NCBI GenBank assembly: GCA_025594325.1
Contig: JANHCV010000004.1
Location: 868,001 to 932,000 of the forward strand
Length of the DNA stretch: 64,000 nucleotides
From: Blastocladiella emersonii ATCC 22665
Taxonomy: Eukaryota > Fungi > Blastocladiomycota
Direction of reading: 5' to 3'
In this document: positions 10,816-23,664 of the stretch, in pieces
Layout: each line of letters starts with the position of its first letter
How positions within the stretch are numbered: the first letter of the stretch is position 1
Made by a program: the position numbers and the translations under genes
The notes under the pieces: model-generated
The model's input: the letters and a program-made list of their open reading frames with translations, nothing else
Databases searched by the model: none
What the model was told of the DNA's origin: nothing

Positions 10816-11854
10816 AGATCCCGGAACTTGAGACTCCCGCAACGCAGGCGGACACCCACCCATTCGCACACCATGGCCGCGGATATGGTGCTACTTTATT
10901 GGTCCTAGCTCACTCGCAGATTCGCACGAATCGGATGTGTTGCTGATTTATTACGCGAAAGGTCTCCCCGCGGTGAGACGCGTGTCACGCGTGTCTCGCG
11001 CTCGCGCGTGGCGCTGTGAGACGCGACGATCAAACACGTGAGTGGCTGAAAATGAGCGTTGCGACTTGAGCCGCGGGTCTACGAGACGCCGAAGGCTGAG
11101 GCCGCGCTTTCGTCGGTGCCGACGACCTCCTCCCCAAGTGTTTCCGGCTCGTTTGGTGGAATTGTGAGGCACAAGCGAAATCGGCGCACTTCCTCGTCCT
11201 CGATGAGCTGAGACTCAAGGACCTCGACTCGGAGCATGCTTCGCGTTCAAGGGCGCCAAGTATTCATCCCGTCGCTTCCAGTCAAATGACCTTGCGCCTC
11301 AACCTGCTTGACCAAGTCCGTGAGTTTGGGCGTTCGGTGGAGAGCGGGCAAGTGTACCTTGGCGCCGAAGAGCTGCAACGACAAGTCGATGCGGCATGAG
11401 CTGCGCGACCATCGAACCAATCCACTGCCCCACAGTTCTGCGTCACACGTCTCACGAACAAGTAGGAGAGATTCGCTTCAGTTGCTCCAGCAACCGAATC
11501 CCGCATACCCGCCCGGGAGACTGCTGCCGACGGCCGCCCTGACCGCGCGCTCGCGACCCGAGCGGCTTGCTCCTCACGTACACTCAAGAAGCCGTTCCAC
11601 TTCGGCGATCCTGCAAGCAGGTCCTGCTCGTTATATCGTCGGGATGATCGCCCGTCTATGGAATTTCATTCATTCAATCAGCACAAGTCAAGGCGACGCG
11701 GTTCCAGCCATCCGGCTGGACGTGCTGCGCCACCCTGGCGCCGACCCGCGCATGCGCCACCACCACCCGATCCCTCCGCTTCCACCTCGCCAAGTCAAGC
11801 GCAAAAGTTGCATTCTCACGCACATCACCATCCACACACGTCCCTTCCGCCCAC

Positions 11855-14710
11855 TCAGTACCCGCCTGCTCCCGGCGCACCAACCACTGGCGCCGCCGCT
11901 GGATCATGCGGCTGCTGCTGCTGTGGCGGATACCCCGCTCGCTGCTGCTGGAGGTACTGCTGTTGCTGCTGCTGGGTTCCCGCGGGTGGCCCGTACGCGC
12001 GCGGCCCCATGCCGGGCCCGGGTGGCGCGTACCCTGCGCCGGCGACTGGCGGTGCGTGGTGGTGGCTCGGCGAGACGACCGCGTACCCGTTCCCCTGCTG
12101 CTGCTGGTGCTGCTGCGGGTGTGGGTGATGCTGACGGTACTGCGCCTGCTGTTGCTGTTGCTGTTGCTGATACCCCGCCTGCTGATACTGCGCATGGTGC
12201 CCCGGCTGCTGCTGTTGCGCCGACGACGCGTTGGCGAGCTGCTGGCACACCCACACGACGTACTCGGTGCCCTCAGACTGTTCGAGCGTTTCAAGTGCGC
12301 CGCGGAGCTGGTCGAGCCCGCGCGCCGCGTCGGCCGTGCGCGCCTTGGCCTTGAGCCCCGCGACCACCTGCACCCACGGCTGCACGTACCAGTTCGGGTT
12401 CGGATTGGTACTACTGGTCGCGGACCCGGGCGGCTGCGCCGACATGGGCCGCGGCGTCGGGCTCGCGGTCCCGCTCCCTCCACCGCCAAACCCGCTCGCG
12501 CTCGGCGCGTTCGAGTTGGTGATCGAGATGGGCCGTGGGACGACAGGCGGCGGCGGCGCGGCGCGGTACGGCGGCCCGTTCCCGTTCGACGACGAAGTCG
12601 CGGGCGCGAGCGGCGCGGTGCCGGGCCGGACGGGCGGCGGGTTGGCAGGGAGCGGCGGCGCGGGCCCGCGGCCGCCGCCGGGGACCGACGAGAGCTCGAG
12701 CGGGGACGTCTGCTGGCGCGCGTGCGCGTGCGGGAGCGGCATGGCGGGGGCGCCGGGTCCGCCGGGCGGCGGCAGCGGCGACGTCGGGCCCGAGTGCGTG
12801 TGGTGGCGGACGTGCGGCGCGGGCGTGGCCGCGGGACTCGACGAGGAGGGCGGCGGGGGTGGCGGGGCGCCCGCGGTCGTGATGGCGTACGGCGAGTACT
12901 GCGGCGACGACGGGCTCTGCGCCGAGGAGCTGGCGCCGCCGCCGCCATTGGCGTTGTACGACGGCTGGATTGGCGGGACGGGGGCGGGCGCGGCAGCGGG
13001 CGCTGGTGGCGATGATGCTGGTGGCCGGGCCGCGACGGGCGGCGGCGGCGGTGTTGGTCCCGCATTCCCTGCGGCCGCGGCGGCCGCGGCGACATCGCGG
13101 CGCACGGTGCTGAAGTCCCACGTGGCGCCCTGGACCGTACTCATAGCGCTGTGCGGTCCCCGCCCACCGTCGGGCCCGCTCGCGCCCGAGTGGCCGGGCC
13201 CGATGACGGTCCCGTCGATGGTATTCTGGCCGTTCGTGCCGAACCCGGCGTTCCCCGGCTCGCTGCGCCACCGCTCGTAACGCTCGGTGAGCTCGGTCAG
13301 GAAGCTGCACTTCTTGGCCGTCTTGATGAATCGGTGCTTGAGCAGGTCCTTGGCCGAGGGCCGCAGCGCTGGGTCCTTTTGCAGGCACAGCGAGACAAAC
13401 TCCTTGAAGGCGCGCGAGAAGGCGCCGTCGAGCGCGGGCGGCTCGGCCTTGGGGATGATGAACAGGACGCGCATCGGGTGTACGTCGGCGTGCGGCGGCT
13501 CGCCCTTGGCGAGCTCGATGGCCGTGATGCTACACGCGGCGGCGGTTAGCGAGGGCCGCGCGGCTGCAGCGGGTCGGTGCGCGTACCCGAGGGACCAGAT
13601 ATCGGCTTTTTCGTTGTACCCGGACTGCAGAATGACCTCGGGCGCCATCCAGAACTACACTCGCGCGGTCTGTGTCAGCAGCGCGCGAGGTGCATCGTGG
13701 ATCACACGGGGAGAGCGTACGGGCGTTCCGACGAAGGTGTTCTTCTTGGTCATGGTGGCCGTGAGCTGGCCCGAGACGCCAAAGTCGGCGAGTTTGACTA
13801 GCCAGACGGTCGATTCGCGGTGAGTCGGATCCCCACGCTCGCAAGCGCACCGCCCAACGTACCATCGCCGGTCTGGGTGAGGAGGATGTTGGCGGCCTTG
13901 ATGTCTACACGAGCGTCGTCCCAATCAGCGCGGGAACCAGCGGGCGCCTCGGCCACGGCGAGCGAGCGAGGACGGACCTCGGTGCAGCTTGTTCTGGTCG
14001 TGCAGGTACTCGAGGCCCTTGAGCAGCTCGCGCAGGATGATGGCGATGAAGAGCTCCTCGAAGAGGCCGGGCTTCATCTACACGGGGGCGTGCGAACTCG
14101 TGCGCGTCAGTCGTCGAGTCGCGTTGCGTCGCGCGAGAGCAAGTGAACGGACCAGGTCGAGGCACGAGCCGCCGCCGCAAAACTCCATGACGATCCAGAG
14201 CTTGGAGCCCTTGATGAACGAGCCATAGTACTTGGTGACGAACTAGATGTGCGGGCGGGACGCGTCAGCGGGGTGCTCGCGAGGGCAGCGAAGCGGGGGA
14301 AGCGTACGGGCGAGTCGAGCTGGCTCAGAATGGAGATTTCTTGCTGAATGTCCTCGATCTCGTCCTCGGCCTGCTCGAGGTCGATGATCTTGATGGCGAC
14401 GGGCGCCTTGTTGCGCTTGTCGAACCCTGGTCGTTGGCGGGAGGACGTCAACGAGGTGGAAGGGACAAGGGAGGGAGAGACAGCACGGACCCTTGAACAC
14501 CTCGCCAAACGAGCCGCGGCCAATCCGCTCCTGCTTGACGTAGAGTTCCTCGGGGTCGATCTTGATGAGCGGGGCCGGCGACGTCTAGACGCAGGCGCGA
14601 ATCCGAGACAGCGGGCCGACCGACGCGCGAGTCAGAACACGTCAGACCTGGGGCCAGGCCGAGCCAATCAGGTCGGGTGGCACGGCACACGGGCAGCGCG
14701 CACGTACCAT
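11855..14710 (-). CDS. STE20-family GCK-III kinase (MST3/MST4/STK25-like) with long Pro/Gln/Gly-rich tail, 9 exons
   Basis: Spliced [33 protein letters not shown]...VAIK...[10 protein letters not shown]...DFG...TFVGTP-FWMAPE. Exon 1 is ATG alone (14710-14708). Confidence 0.92.
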
Positions 14711-16320
14711 GGCGGGACGGCGACTGCAGGGACTCGGCGAGGTCGGACGGACGGGCAGCGGGGCGGGCGAGTGGTGGGAGAGGGACCGCGACGAGGGCTG
14801 GTTCGCGAGCGCACGGGCGAACTCAATCGGCGGCGGCGGCGGCAGGAGCGGCAGCGGCGAGGGCGGGATGCCTGATTAGGCAGGGACGCGGCACGGCGCG
14901 GTGGAGGGAGAGGAGCGGGGCTGCTGGCAGCGAATGCAGCGAGAGAGAGCCCGTCGGTGCCGACGAGATGAGTGCAGGCTGAGGTCCAGGTCGCAGCGAA
15001 GGCGAAGGCACGCGACGAGGGGACAGCGTGACCGCGACGACGCCACCGGTAACGCGATTCGGGCGGAGGCGGCCGCGTCGGGGGGAAGAAGACCCGAGGC
15101 AACAGCAGCACGTAGACGCTACGCGATGGACCGAATTCGCCACAGCCAGGTCAGAGTCGCTCGGGCCCATGCATCAGTGGCGACGCTCGAGAACGCACCG
15201 GTTGCACCGCGGCCGGGTGATCAGAGGACGACGCCGAAACTGGATCAGGTCCGCGTGTGCGCAGATGCGGAACGCGTGTCGTGTCGTGGGATGCACACGG
15301 CGGCGTGGGGGAGCGCAGTGTCTGCACGCGATGGGGAGACACGGCGGCCCGCGTGATCGCGGCGAGTGGGCGGGCAGGCGGGCGGGCGAGCGTGTGTCCG
15401 CTGTGTCGAGCGGGTGCACGAGCGAGGAGAGGCGAGGGAATGAGGGAGACGAGACGAGACGCGGGCGGCGTGACGTGAACGACGCGTCGATTGCGGCGGC
15501 GGCGGTGCGTTTGTTCGTTCGTTGCAGCGGGTCGCTGTGCAGCAGCTCTCTCTGCTCGTCTGCTTCAAGAACTTGGCGCAACGACGGGGCGGAGGGGAGC
15601 GGGGCTCGCTGACCGGGATGGCGGGCCGGCCAGATCCCATCAACCATGGCCGGGCACGCACGCATGGCTGGCCGTGGGAAACGGCTGCGAAATGGGCCAA
15701 GCTGGCCGTGCTGACGCCGCTTCACGCCGTTGCCCGCTGCCTGCCTTCTCGCACGCACTCGCTCAAGCTCGCTCTCCCTCTGCCTCTCGCAGCTGCTGCT
15801 CAAAATGCGTGCCCACGCTCGAGTGCCTTACTTTTGGCCTCGCCGACTCAAACGGAGGGCAGCTTGTTACACGACCTGCGTCAGGGGACCCCACGGCCTC
15901 CAAACTTGTCCATCACGGCCAAACTGGGAGCGTGAGCGCGAGAAACACTTCCCATCGAGCGGCGACGTGAGCAACCGAGCGGCCAGGAACGTCCGCGGAG
16001 CGGGAGGATCAGATCCGCACAGACGTGCTCGGGATGTTGCGCACAGGGGTGGGCGTGAAACCACAGGCCTGCGTGAGAGAGGAGAAAAGCGATGGCTGAG
16101 GCTCCTTGCCAGTGTGACACAAAGTGAGTCGAGCCGCGCCCAGCGACGGGTCACGCCGCGCCGCGTGAACGCCGCAAACACGCGTCGCGCGCGCCTTGCT
16201 GCCGCTGCCGCTCCATCGTGAGCGCACTCATTGACCTCATTCCACAAGCACAGCCCAGCGCGATCAAACGCAACGCATCAACACCCTTCTCCACTTGACG
16301 CAACGACCGCGCTTCTCGCC

Positions 16321-18859
16321 ATGGCGCCAGAATCCGGAAACCCGCTCGCCGTTGCGGCCCAGGGCGCCGGCAAGCGCAAGTCCAAGTCGGGCGGCTTCCA
16401 GACCATGGGTCTGTCGCGCACCGTGCTCGACAACATCAAGCACATGGGCTACCAGATCCCGACGCCCATCCAGCGCCGCGCCATCCCGCCGATCCTCAGC
16501 GGCCAGGACATTCTCGCCATGGCCCGCACCGGGTCCGGTAAGACGGCCGCCTTCCTCATCCCGCTCGTCGAGAAGCTCAAGTCGCACTCGGCCCGCGTCG
16601 GCGCCCGCGCTGTCGTCTTGTCGCCCTCCCGAGAGCTCGCCATGCAGACCGTCACTTTCCTGCGCAAGCTGTCCAAGGGCACCGACCTCCGCAGTGTCGC
16701 CCTCGTCGGTGGTGACAGCATGGATGACCAGTTCAGCGCCATGGCTAGCAACCCCGACGTGATCATTGCCACCCCCGGTCGTCTGCTCCATTTGCTCGTC
16801 GAAATGGAGTTTGACCTCAAGCTCGTCGAGTACCTCGTCTTCGATGAGGCCGATCGGTACGCGCTCGCGCTTGCCCGCTCCCCGGTAATCCACCGCTAAC
16901 CCACTCGCACCATCGCGTAGCCTGTTCGACATGGGCTTCGAGGTGCAGCTGCACGAGATTCTGCACCGCATGCCCGACGCCGAGTCGCGCCAGACGGTCC
17001 TCTTCTCGGCGACGCTGCCCAAGTCAGTCATCCTGTTCGCCAAGGCGGGCACCAAGCCCGACGCGGCCATGATCCGCCTCGACACCGAGATCAAGATCCC
17101 CAAGGACCTCGAGATGGCCTTCTTCACCATCAAGCCGACGGAAAAGGACGCGGCGCTGCTGTACCTGCTGCGCGAGGTGATCAAGCTGCCCAAGCAGATC
17201 CCGTCGGCGGCGAGCGAGGCCGACGCCGCGGCCCAGGGCAAGCCCAAGTCGCCCCAGGCCATCGTCTTCGTGTCGACCAAGCACCACGTCGAGTACATCC
17301 ACACGCTGCTGCGGCTGCGCGGGTACAGCTCGACCATCATCTACGGTGCCCTCGACCAGTCGGTGCGCAAGATCAACCTCGCCAACTTCAAGGCGGGCCG
17401 CCGCAACATTTTGGTGGTGACGGACGTGGCGGCGCGCGGTATCGACATCCCGATCCTCGACCACGTCATCAACTACGACTTCCCGCCCGAGCCCAAGGTG
17501 TTCATCCACCGCGTCGGCCGAGTCGCGCGCGCGGGCCGCCGCGGCTGGGCGTGGAGCATGGCGACCAGCGAGGAGATGCCGTACCTGTTTGACCTGCAGC
17601 TGTTCCTGGGCCGCCCGCTCATCTACGACGCGCACAACAACTACCCGGCCGAGCTCGACTACACGAACCAGATCGTGGCCGGCGCCATCCCGTTCCCGCT
17701 CATCGAGGACGAGGACGAGTGGATCACGCAGCAGCTCGAGGAGAACGTGGAGCTCTACAACAACCGCAACACGGCCAGCAACGGGTACAAGCTGTACAAC
17801 AAGACGCGCGTCGCCGCCTCGCCCGAGTCGCACTCGCGGTACAAGACGCTCACCCTCAGCCACCCGTTCGGCCAGGGCGCGCACCCGCTCCTCCTCGGCA
17901 AGCTCTCGGACGCCGACATGAAGCGCCAGGACCTCGTTGCCCAGCTCGCGTCGTTCCGCCCGCCAGAGACCATCTTCGAGGTCGGCACCCGCGGCGGCAA
18001 GAACGAGGCACACAACCTCATGCAGCGCCGCCGCGTCCAGAACTTCAAGTCGATTGTCAAGAACCGCGAGGCCACCACCGAGTCGGCCGAGGCCCACCGC
18101 GCCGCCATCCAGGCCGCGGTCCTCGCCGCGCCCACCAAGCGCGGTGCTGACGATGACGACGACGACGAGGAGGACGAGGAGATCAAGGAGCTGCTCGACG
18201 GGTTCGCAGCGGCGCGCGACCCCAAGGGCAAGAAGAAGGGCAGCAAGAAGCAGCGCACCGACAACGGTCCGGCATCGGCCGACCGGTTCAAGGACAAGGA
18301 GCACTTCCTCGAGTACCGTCCCGCGGACCACAACACGGAGCGCGGGTACGCGATGCACGCGACGACGTCGCTGTCGCGCGGCGCCATGAGCGCGTCGGTC
18401 GACTTCATGGGCGACGACGACACGATGCTCCGCGGCACGCGTGGGTCGGGCAAGATGGTGTGGGACGCCAAGAAGAAGAAGTTCAGGCGCGAGACGGTCG
18501 GCGCCGACAACGTCAAGCTGATCAAGGGCGAGTCCGGCATCAAGCTCCCCGCGTCACTCCAGGCGGGGCGGTACACGGAGTGGAAGAAGAAGAACAAGAT
18601 GTACGTCCCGCGCACCGGCGAGTCGGAGCTCGCCAACTCCCGCGAGCTCGCCGCCGAGGCACGCAAGCGCAAGTTCCGCCACCAGCCCAAAGAGAAGACG
18701 GGCACCGACCTCAAGGACGCACGCCAGATCGTCAAGCAGCGCAAGGAGAAGGAGCAGCGCAAGGCCAAGAACGCGCGCGGGCCCAAGCGTAAGGGCAGCG
18801 GCGGCGGCGGCGGCGTGTCCAAGGGTAAGGGCAAGAGTAAGGGTAAGGGCCGCAAGTAG
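16321..18859 (+). CDS. DBP10: DEAD-box RNA helicase Dbp10 (60S biogenesis), 2 exons
   Basis: GGFQTMGL Q-motif, [25 protein letters not shown] and the WDAKKKKF...GESG DBP10 C-terminal motif. Intron 16857-16920. Confidence 0.95.
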
Positions 18860-18937
18860 GCGGCCGTGTAGCTAGATCATATATATCATCAACTAGTCAT
18901 CCATCGTGCGCGAGAGACCGGCCTTGAGGTGGCCGTC

Positions 18938-19098
18938 GTGAGGATCGGGATCAGGACTCGCGTCACGGCGGCGGCGTCGAGGCCCCAGGCCCTAGTCGTT
19001 CACCGTGCAGGAGCGACCGACCAGGTCGCCGTGAAGGTGAGGATCATGACCCGCGTCACGTCGACCACGGCCGCAGCGGCGGGCGTCGAGGCCCCAGG
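18938..19098 (+). repeat. Imperfect local direct duplication (two copies of about 52-62 nt)
   Basis: GTGAGGATC...CGCGTCACG...GCGTCGAGGCCCCAGG at 18938-18989 and 19037-19098. Confidence 0.6.
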
Positions 19099-19867
19099 AC
19101 CCATGTTGAAAATGAACCCGCTGCAGCTCGCCCGCGCGCGTGCGTGGCACCGAGGACCCACTCGACGTTTCGGATCGAGGCCGTATGACGTCAAGCGCGG
19201 CCGCGGCGGCGGCGGAGTGGCGGCGGCGGCGTCGCCCGCCTGGGCGTCTCCTCCGGGAGCGAGCGGGTTGCGCACGGCGGGGCCGCCTGCTTCCTCTCCC
19301 CTGCTGTGTTGTGTTGTGTGTTGTGTGTCGTGTCTCGTTCGTTGCCGTCGTCGTCGTGGATTCGGCCAAGCAGTCCAACTCCGTCGTCGCGGCTTCATCA
19401 CCGTCATCGCGCTCAAGCTGACGGGCTTCCTGAGACCCCTCGTGTACGTGTCCGCCGTGTTTCGATGCGCTCCATTCAGTCGCCATGCCCGCACCATCAC
19501 CCTCGGCGCCATCGCGAGGAGAGAGGACAAGCAGACCACGGTGGAGGGCGGTGGTGGCCGCGGCAGCGACCACGGCCAGCTTGGCTCCTCTCTCCCGCCG
19601 ACCTATCCCTCGCCCCCCTCGCACTTGGTCGCCGGAACCGCCGAGACTCCCCGCAATCGTCTCCACGAGCGCGCTGGACCCGTATGCATCGAATGAATCC
19701 ATGAAACTCGCGGGGTGGTGGTGGCGGAGCGACCATGGCGACCGCCGACCACCGACCCGACTACGCCGGCCCCATGTATCACCGCTCACTCCCTCGGCCC
19801 CCAACTAGTCTACCGAGCGTATCCGACGTGCAGAGCGAGAAACGAGCCGAAAAAGGCGTCCAAAACG

Positions 19868-22557
19868 ATGTCGGCCCACAAATTTAAGGTCAAAACGTAT
19901 GGGGCACCCACTTTCTGCGATTCCTGCCACAAATTGATGTGGGGCCTAGTCCGGCAAGGCGTCTGCTGCCAGAGTACGTCCATTGCTGTGCCTACATCCG
20001 TCGTCGTCGTCGTTGTTGTCGGCGGAGCGCTGACCCGGCCTGTACCCGACCCGTACCCTGTACCTCGCCCCACCCACCCCCTACCCCTCTCCACCCTCCC
20101 GCACCCTGCTCTCCTCCTCTGCCCGCGTCCGTAGAGTGCCACAGCAACGCCCACTTCAAGTGCGCCGAGACCGCCGAGCCGTGCACGGGCGAGAAGGTGC
20201 ACCGGTCGCGCTCGTCGCGCCGCTCGCGCAGCGAGGGTCCGCGCACCGGCGCCGACGGCGGCGACGACGCCCGCTCCGAGTACCGCCAGTCGTCGACGGG
20301 TCCGTTCGACTACCCGTACATCCCCGACAGCGCTGACGCCATGCCCGTCGGCCCCGACGGCGTCCCCTCGTCGTCGTCGGCCGCGGCCACGGCTGCCGAG
20401 GACGACCACCGTGCTGGCGTCGGCGCGCACCGCACCCCCGAGGCGCTCCTGTCGCACGCCATCACGTCCGCCGTCAACCCGTCCGACACCATCAACACGA
20501 TCCAGAAGGTGCAGCAGCGCAACAACAACAACAACGGCGGCAGCTCGTCGGGCACCAGCGCCGGCATGATCACCAACGGCGAGTCGACTACCGGCGACGC
20601 GTCGCCCAAGGCGCCCAAGAAGAACCTGCGCGAGATGGTCGACGACATCATCGTCAACACGTCGCGGTACGCGGCGCGGCAGGAGCTCAAGCCGCGCGAG
20701 GCGCCGCTCAACCTGCTGACGACCACCCCCAAGAACATGACGCGGTTCGTGTCGCGCACGGGCGGCGTGCACGCCTTCGAGATGGGCGTCAAGGACGTGC
20801 TGTCGTGGCGCAACAAGACCATGACCATGCTCGTCCTGTCGGTCTTCACGCTCGTGTGCCTGTACCCGATGGTCGTCGTGGTCGCGCCGCAGGTCCTCAT
20901 CATCCACCACATGGCCGTCGGCTACTACGAGCACACCAAGGCCAAGGCCAAGCGCGAGGCCGCCGGCAAGAAGGTTTCCGCCCCGAAAATCGACATGGAC
21001 CCGACTCCCAAGCTAAAACCCGCCGAATACCGTGATAACATGCAGTTCATTCAGAACAGCATGTCCCAGTTCGCCGACGCGTTCGATGCCATCGTTTTGT
21101 TCAAGGAACGCCCGGTTTCGCGCTTTACTCCTCCCGCCCTCGATTCCTAACGCCCTCGTCCTCGTCGTTGATCCGTGTAGCGCAACTACCTCAACTGGGA
21201 CCTGCCCGAGAACGCGACCACGTTCCTCAAGGTGGTGGCGTCGTCGACGATCCCGGCCATGGCGCTCTTCTACTACGTGCCGCTCAACCACCTGGTGCTG
21301 GCGGTCGGCTGGCTCGTGTTCGTCGGCAACACGCCGCTCGTGATCGCGATGCGCGAGACGCTGACGCCCGTCCTGCTCGAGGTCCTCAACGAGAACTGGG
21401 TGTTCGCCAAGGGGCTCGTCAAGCAGTGGCCCGAGGTGATGAAGGTCAAGCCCAAGCGCCGTTCGCGCGGCGCCAACGGCGGCGGCGCGACCGGCTCGCG
21501 GTCCAACTCGGAGGTGGGCGCGCCGCCCGAGGAGGGCCAGTACATGGTGGCCATCTACGAGAACCAGCGGTGGTGGCTCGGGCTCGGATTCATCAACTAC
21601 CTGCTGACGTCGGAGCGGCCCGCGTGGTCCGACTACTCGGGCTCGATCCCGCTCCCGCCGCGCGCGTCGTACGCGCCGCCCCCCGGGTTCGACTTCCTCG
21701 ACGACGACTGGCACGTCGACCGCCAGTGGTCCGTCGCCGGGCCCGACAACGACGGCTGGGTGTACTCGGACCACCTCTGGGGCAACCCGCGCTCGGCTGC
21801 GGGCGTCGGGTCCCTCACCCGCCGCCGCAAGTGGGTCCGCCGCGTCGTCCGCCGCATCGACCCCGCCGAGGCCGCGGCCGCCGCCCGTGCCTTCACCGCC
21901 AACACGCTCTCGCGCGGCGGGTCCGTCGTCTCGTCCATGATGGTCACCACCGGGTCCACCGTCGGCGCGTCGCCCGCTGTCTCGTCGGTCGCCCCCGAGT
22001 CGTCGGTCTCGGGCCCCAACGCCGTCGGCGCGGTCAAGGCCGGCAACGCGGCCGAGCCCCCGCTCCCGCCGTCGCCGCCCGAGTCGGCCGCCGGCGTCGG
22101 CAAGCACGCGTCCGAGGCCGAGGACAAGCAGCAGAAGCGCAAGTCGCGCTCGGGCTCGGTGTCGAGCAACAACACGCTGTTCCGCCCTCCGACCGCCACT
22201 GCGTCTGCGCCCGCGGTGCCGACCATGACGACGGGCGCGGGTGCCGGGATCCCCGTCCCCGTGGTCAAGTCGCGCGCGGCGGTCGCGGTGACGCGTTCGG
22301 CCGAGGACGACACGGCGTCCATGATCATCAGCGAGGACGAGGCCAGCGACGCCGACGAGGGCGCCGAGTCGCGCGACGAGATCGAGTACGTGCTCGAGCT
22401 CGACGGCGAGCAGATCGTCCTCGAGGGCATCCGGTCGCTCGACATGGTCGACATGGACCGCCTCCGCGACATGGTCCGCGCCATCAAGCGCGAGTCGGTC
22501 GTGTCCTCGTCTGGCGCGTCGTCGATGCGCAAGGTGCGCAAGGTGCGCGTCGAGTAA
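19868..22557 (+). CDS. C1 (DAG/phorbol-binding) domain fused to a Pex23/Pex24/Pex30-type membrane peroxin with a dysferlin (DysF) domain, 3 exons
   Basis: HKFKVKTYGAPTFCDSCHKLMWGLVRQGVCCQKCHSNAHFKCAETAEPC after splicing 19974-20134. Hydrophobic hairpins follow, then YENQRWW...WSD...DGWVY...TRRRKWVR. Confidence 0.8.
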
Positions 22558-22968
22558 GGTGGTTGCGAGGTGCGAGGCGGGCGAGTGGCCCGCCGTATGG
22601 CATTGCGATTCTGTTGTTCATCCTCATTCTTGTTCCCCATATATACGATATTCTGTACCATCGATGTCGACCACGGTCGTGTCCCTGATGAAAAAGGAGA
22701 GAAGGTGGCGCCGGCGTCAGCTGATGCGCCGCTTCCAGCCGCTGAGTTCTCCGCTCCCCTTCTCCTCTCAACCGCCGACCGCAGCCTCTCGTGCACTCTC
22801 CCCACCTCCCCACCTCCCCTTGCTACGAATCAACCTCGCCGGCGGACCCACGACCGTCCTCGGCGCGAGACTCCCTGCAACAAACCGCTCGCACTCCCGC
22901 AAAAACCATCGCGGGCCTCGCATCGCACACACACATCTTGCAGCTACTGCGCCACCTCATCCACAACC

Positions 22969-23528
22969 ATGCAGCTCTCGTCCAACGCCTCGCTCGTCCG
23001 GTGGACGGTCCTGGTCGTCGCCGCCATGATGGCGCTCCTCGGCTTCGCTGCCGTACGCGGGACTTTGCGATGGTGTCTCACCCATGGGACCCCAGGCTGA
23101 CTCTCCGGGTGTAGGCGCAAAACACGAGTAACGGCGGCAACGGCGGCAACGGCGGCGGGAACACGCCCGCGACCACGTCGCAGCAGGGCTCCGCGTCGCG
23201 CACGACGGGCGGCGGCGGTGCCTCCGCCACGCCCACGGGCACCGCGTCGGGCGGCAACAACGGCGGCAATGGCGGGAACAGCTCGAACGGCAACGCGACG
23301 CGCACGGCCGGCGGTACGGGCAACGCGACGGCGACGGGCAACTCGTCGTCGGCGGCCGCGAGCCCGACGCTCGAGCCGGCCTTCACCCCGACGCCCGTGG
23401 CGCCCGCGCCCGCCGGCGCGACCATCGAGAACCGCAGCGTCTTCTCCGACAACGACGCGGCGGGCGTCCGCGCCGGCGCCATCGTGGTGCTCGCGGTCGC
23501 GGGCGCGGCGATGGTCGGTATGCTGTAA
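22969..23528 (+). CDS. Small secreted Gly/Asn/Thr/Ser-rich protein, probable GPI anchor, 2 exons
   Basis: Signal peptide (VLVVAAMMALLGFAA), gtacgc intron, low-complexity body and hydrophobic C-terminus AIVVLAVAGAAMVGML*. Confidence 0.75.
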
Positions 23529-23664
23529 ATTTCTTTGTCGTTTGTTGTTCATCTAGCACTCCCTTTGTATCGGTTCAATATCGCACTGTCTTGCACATCA
23601 TCCTGATCGGCGGTGAGCGTGTGTATCGTGTTTATTGATTTCTTTGTACATGAAGCGAGAGCAC

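Noticed and set aside
10648-10908. Lys-rich ORF, or a CRISPR-like array
   Set aside because: It is a by-product of the A-rich tandem repeat. Units abut without unique spacers, and the context is eukaryotic with no cas genes.
11030-11600. Protein-like fragments on the minus strand
   Set aside because: Short, in different frames, with no motif and no reliable intron pair.
18992-19804. Minus-strand 270-aa ORF between DBP10 and the C1-peroxin gene
   Set aside because: No domain or convincing splice pattern. It runs through a microsatellite and a local duplication.
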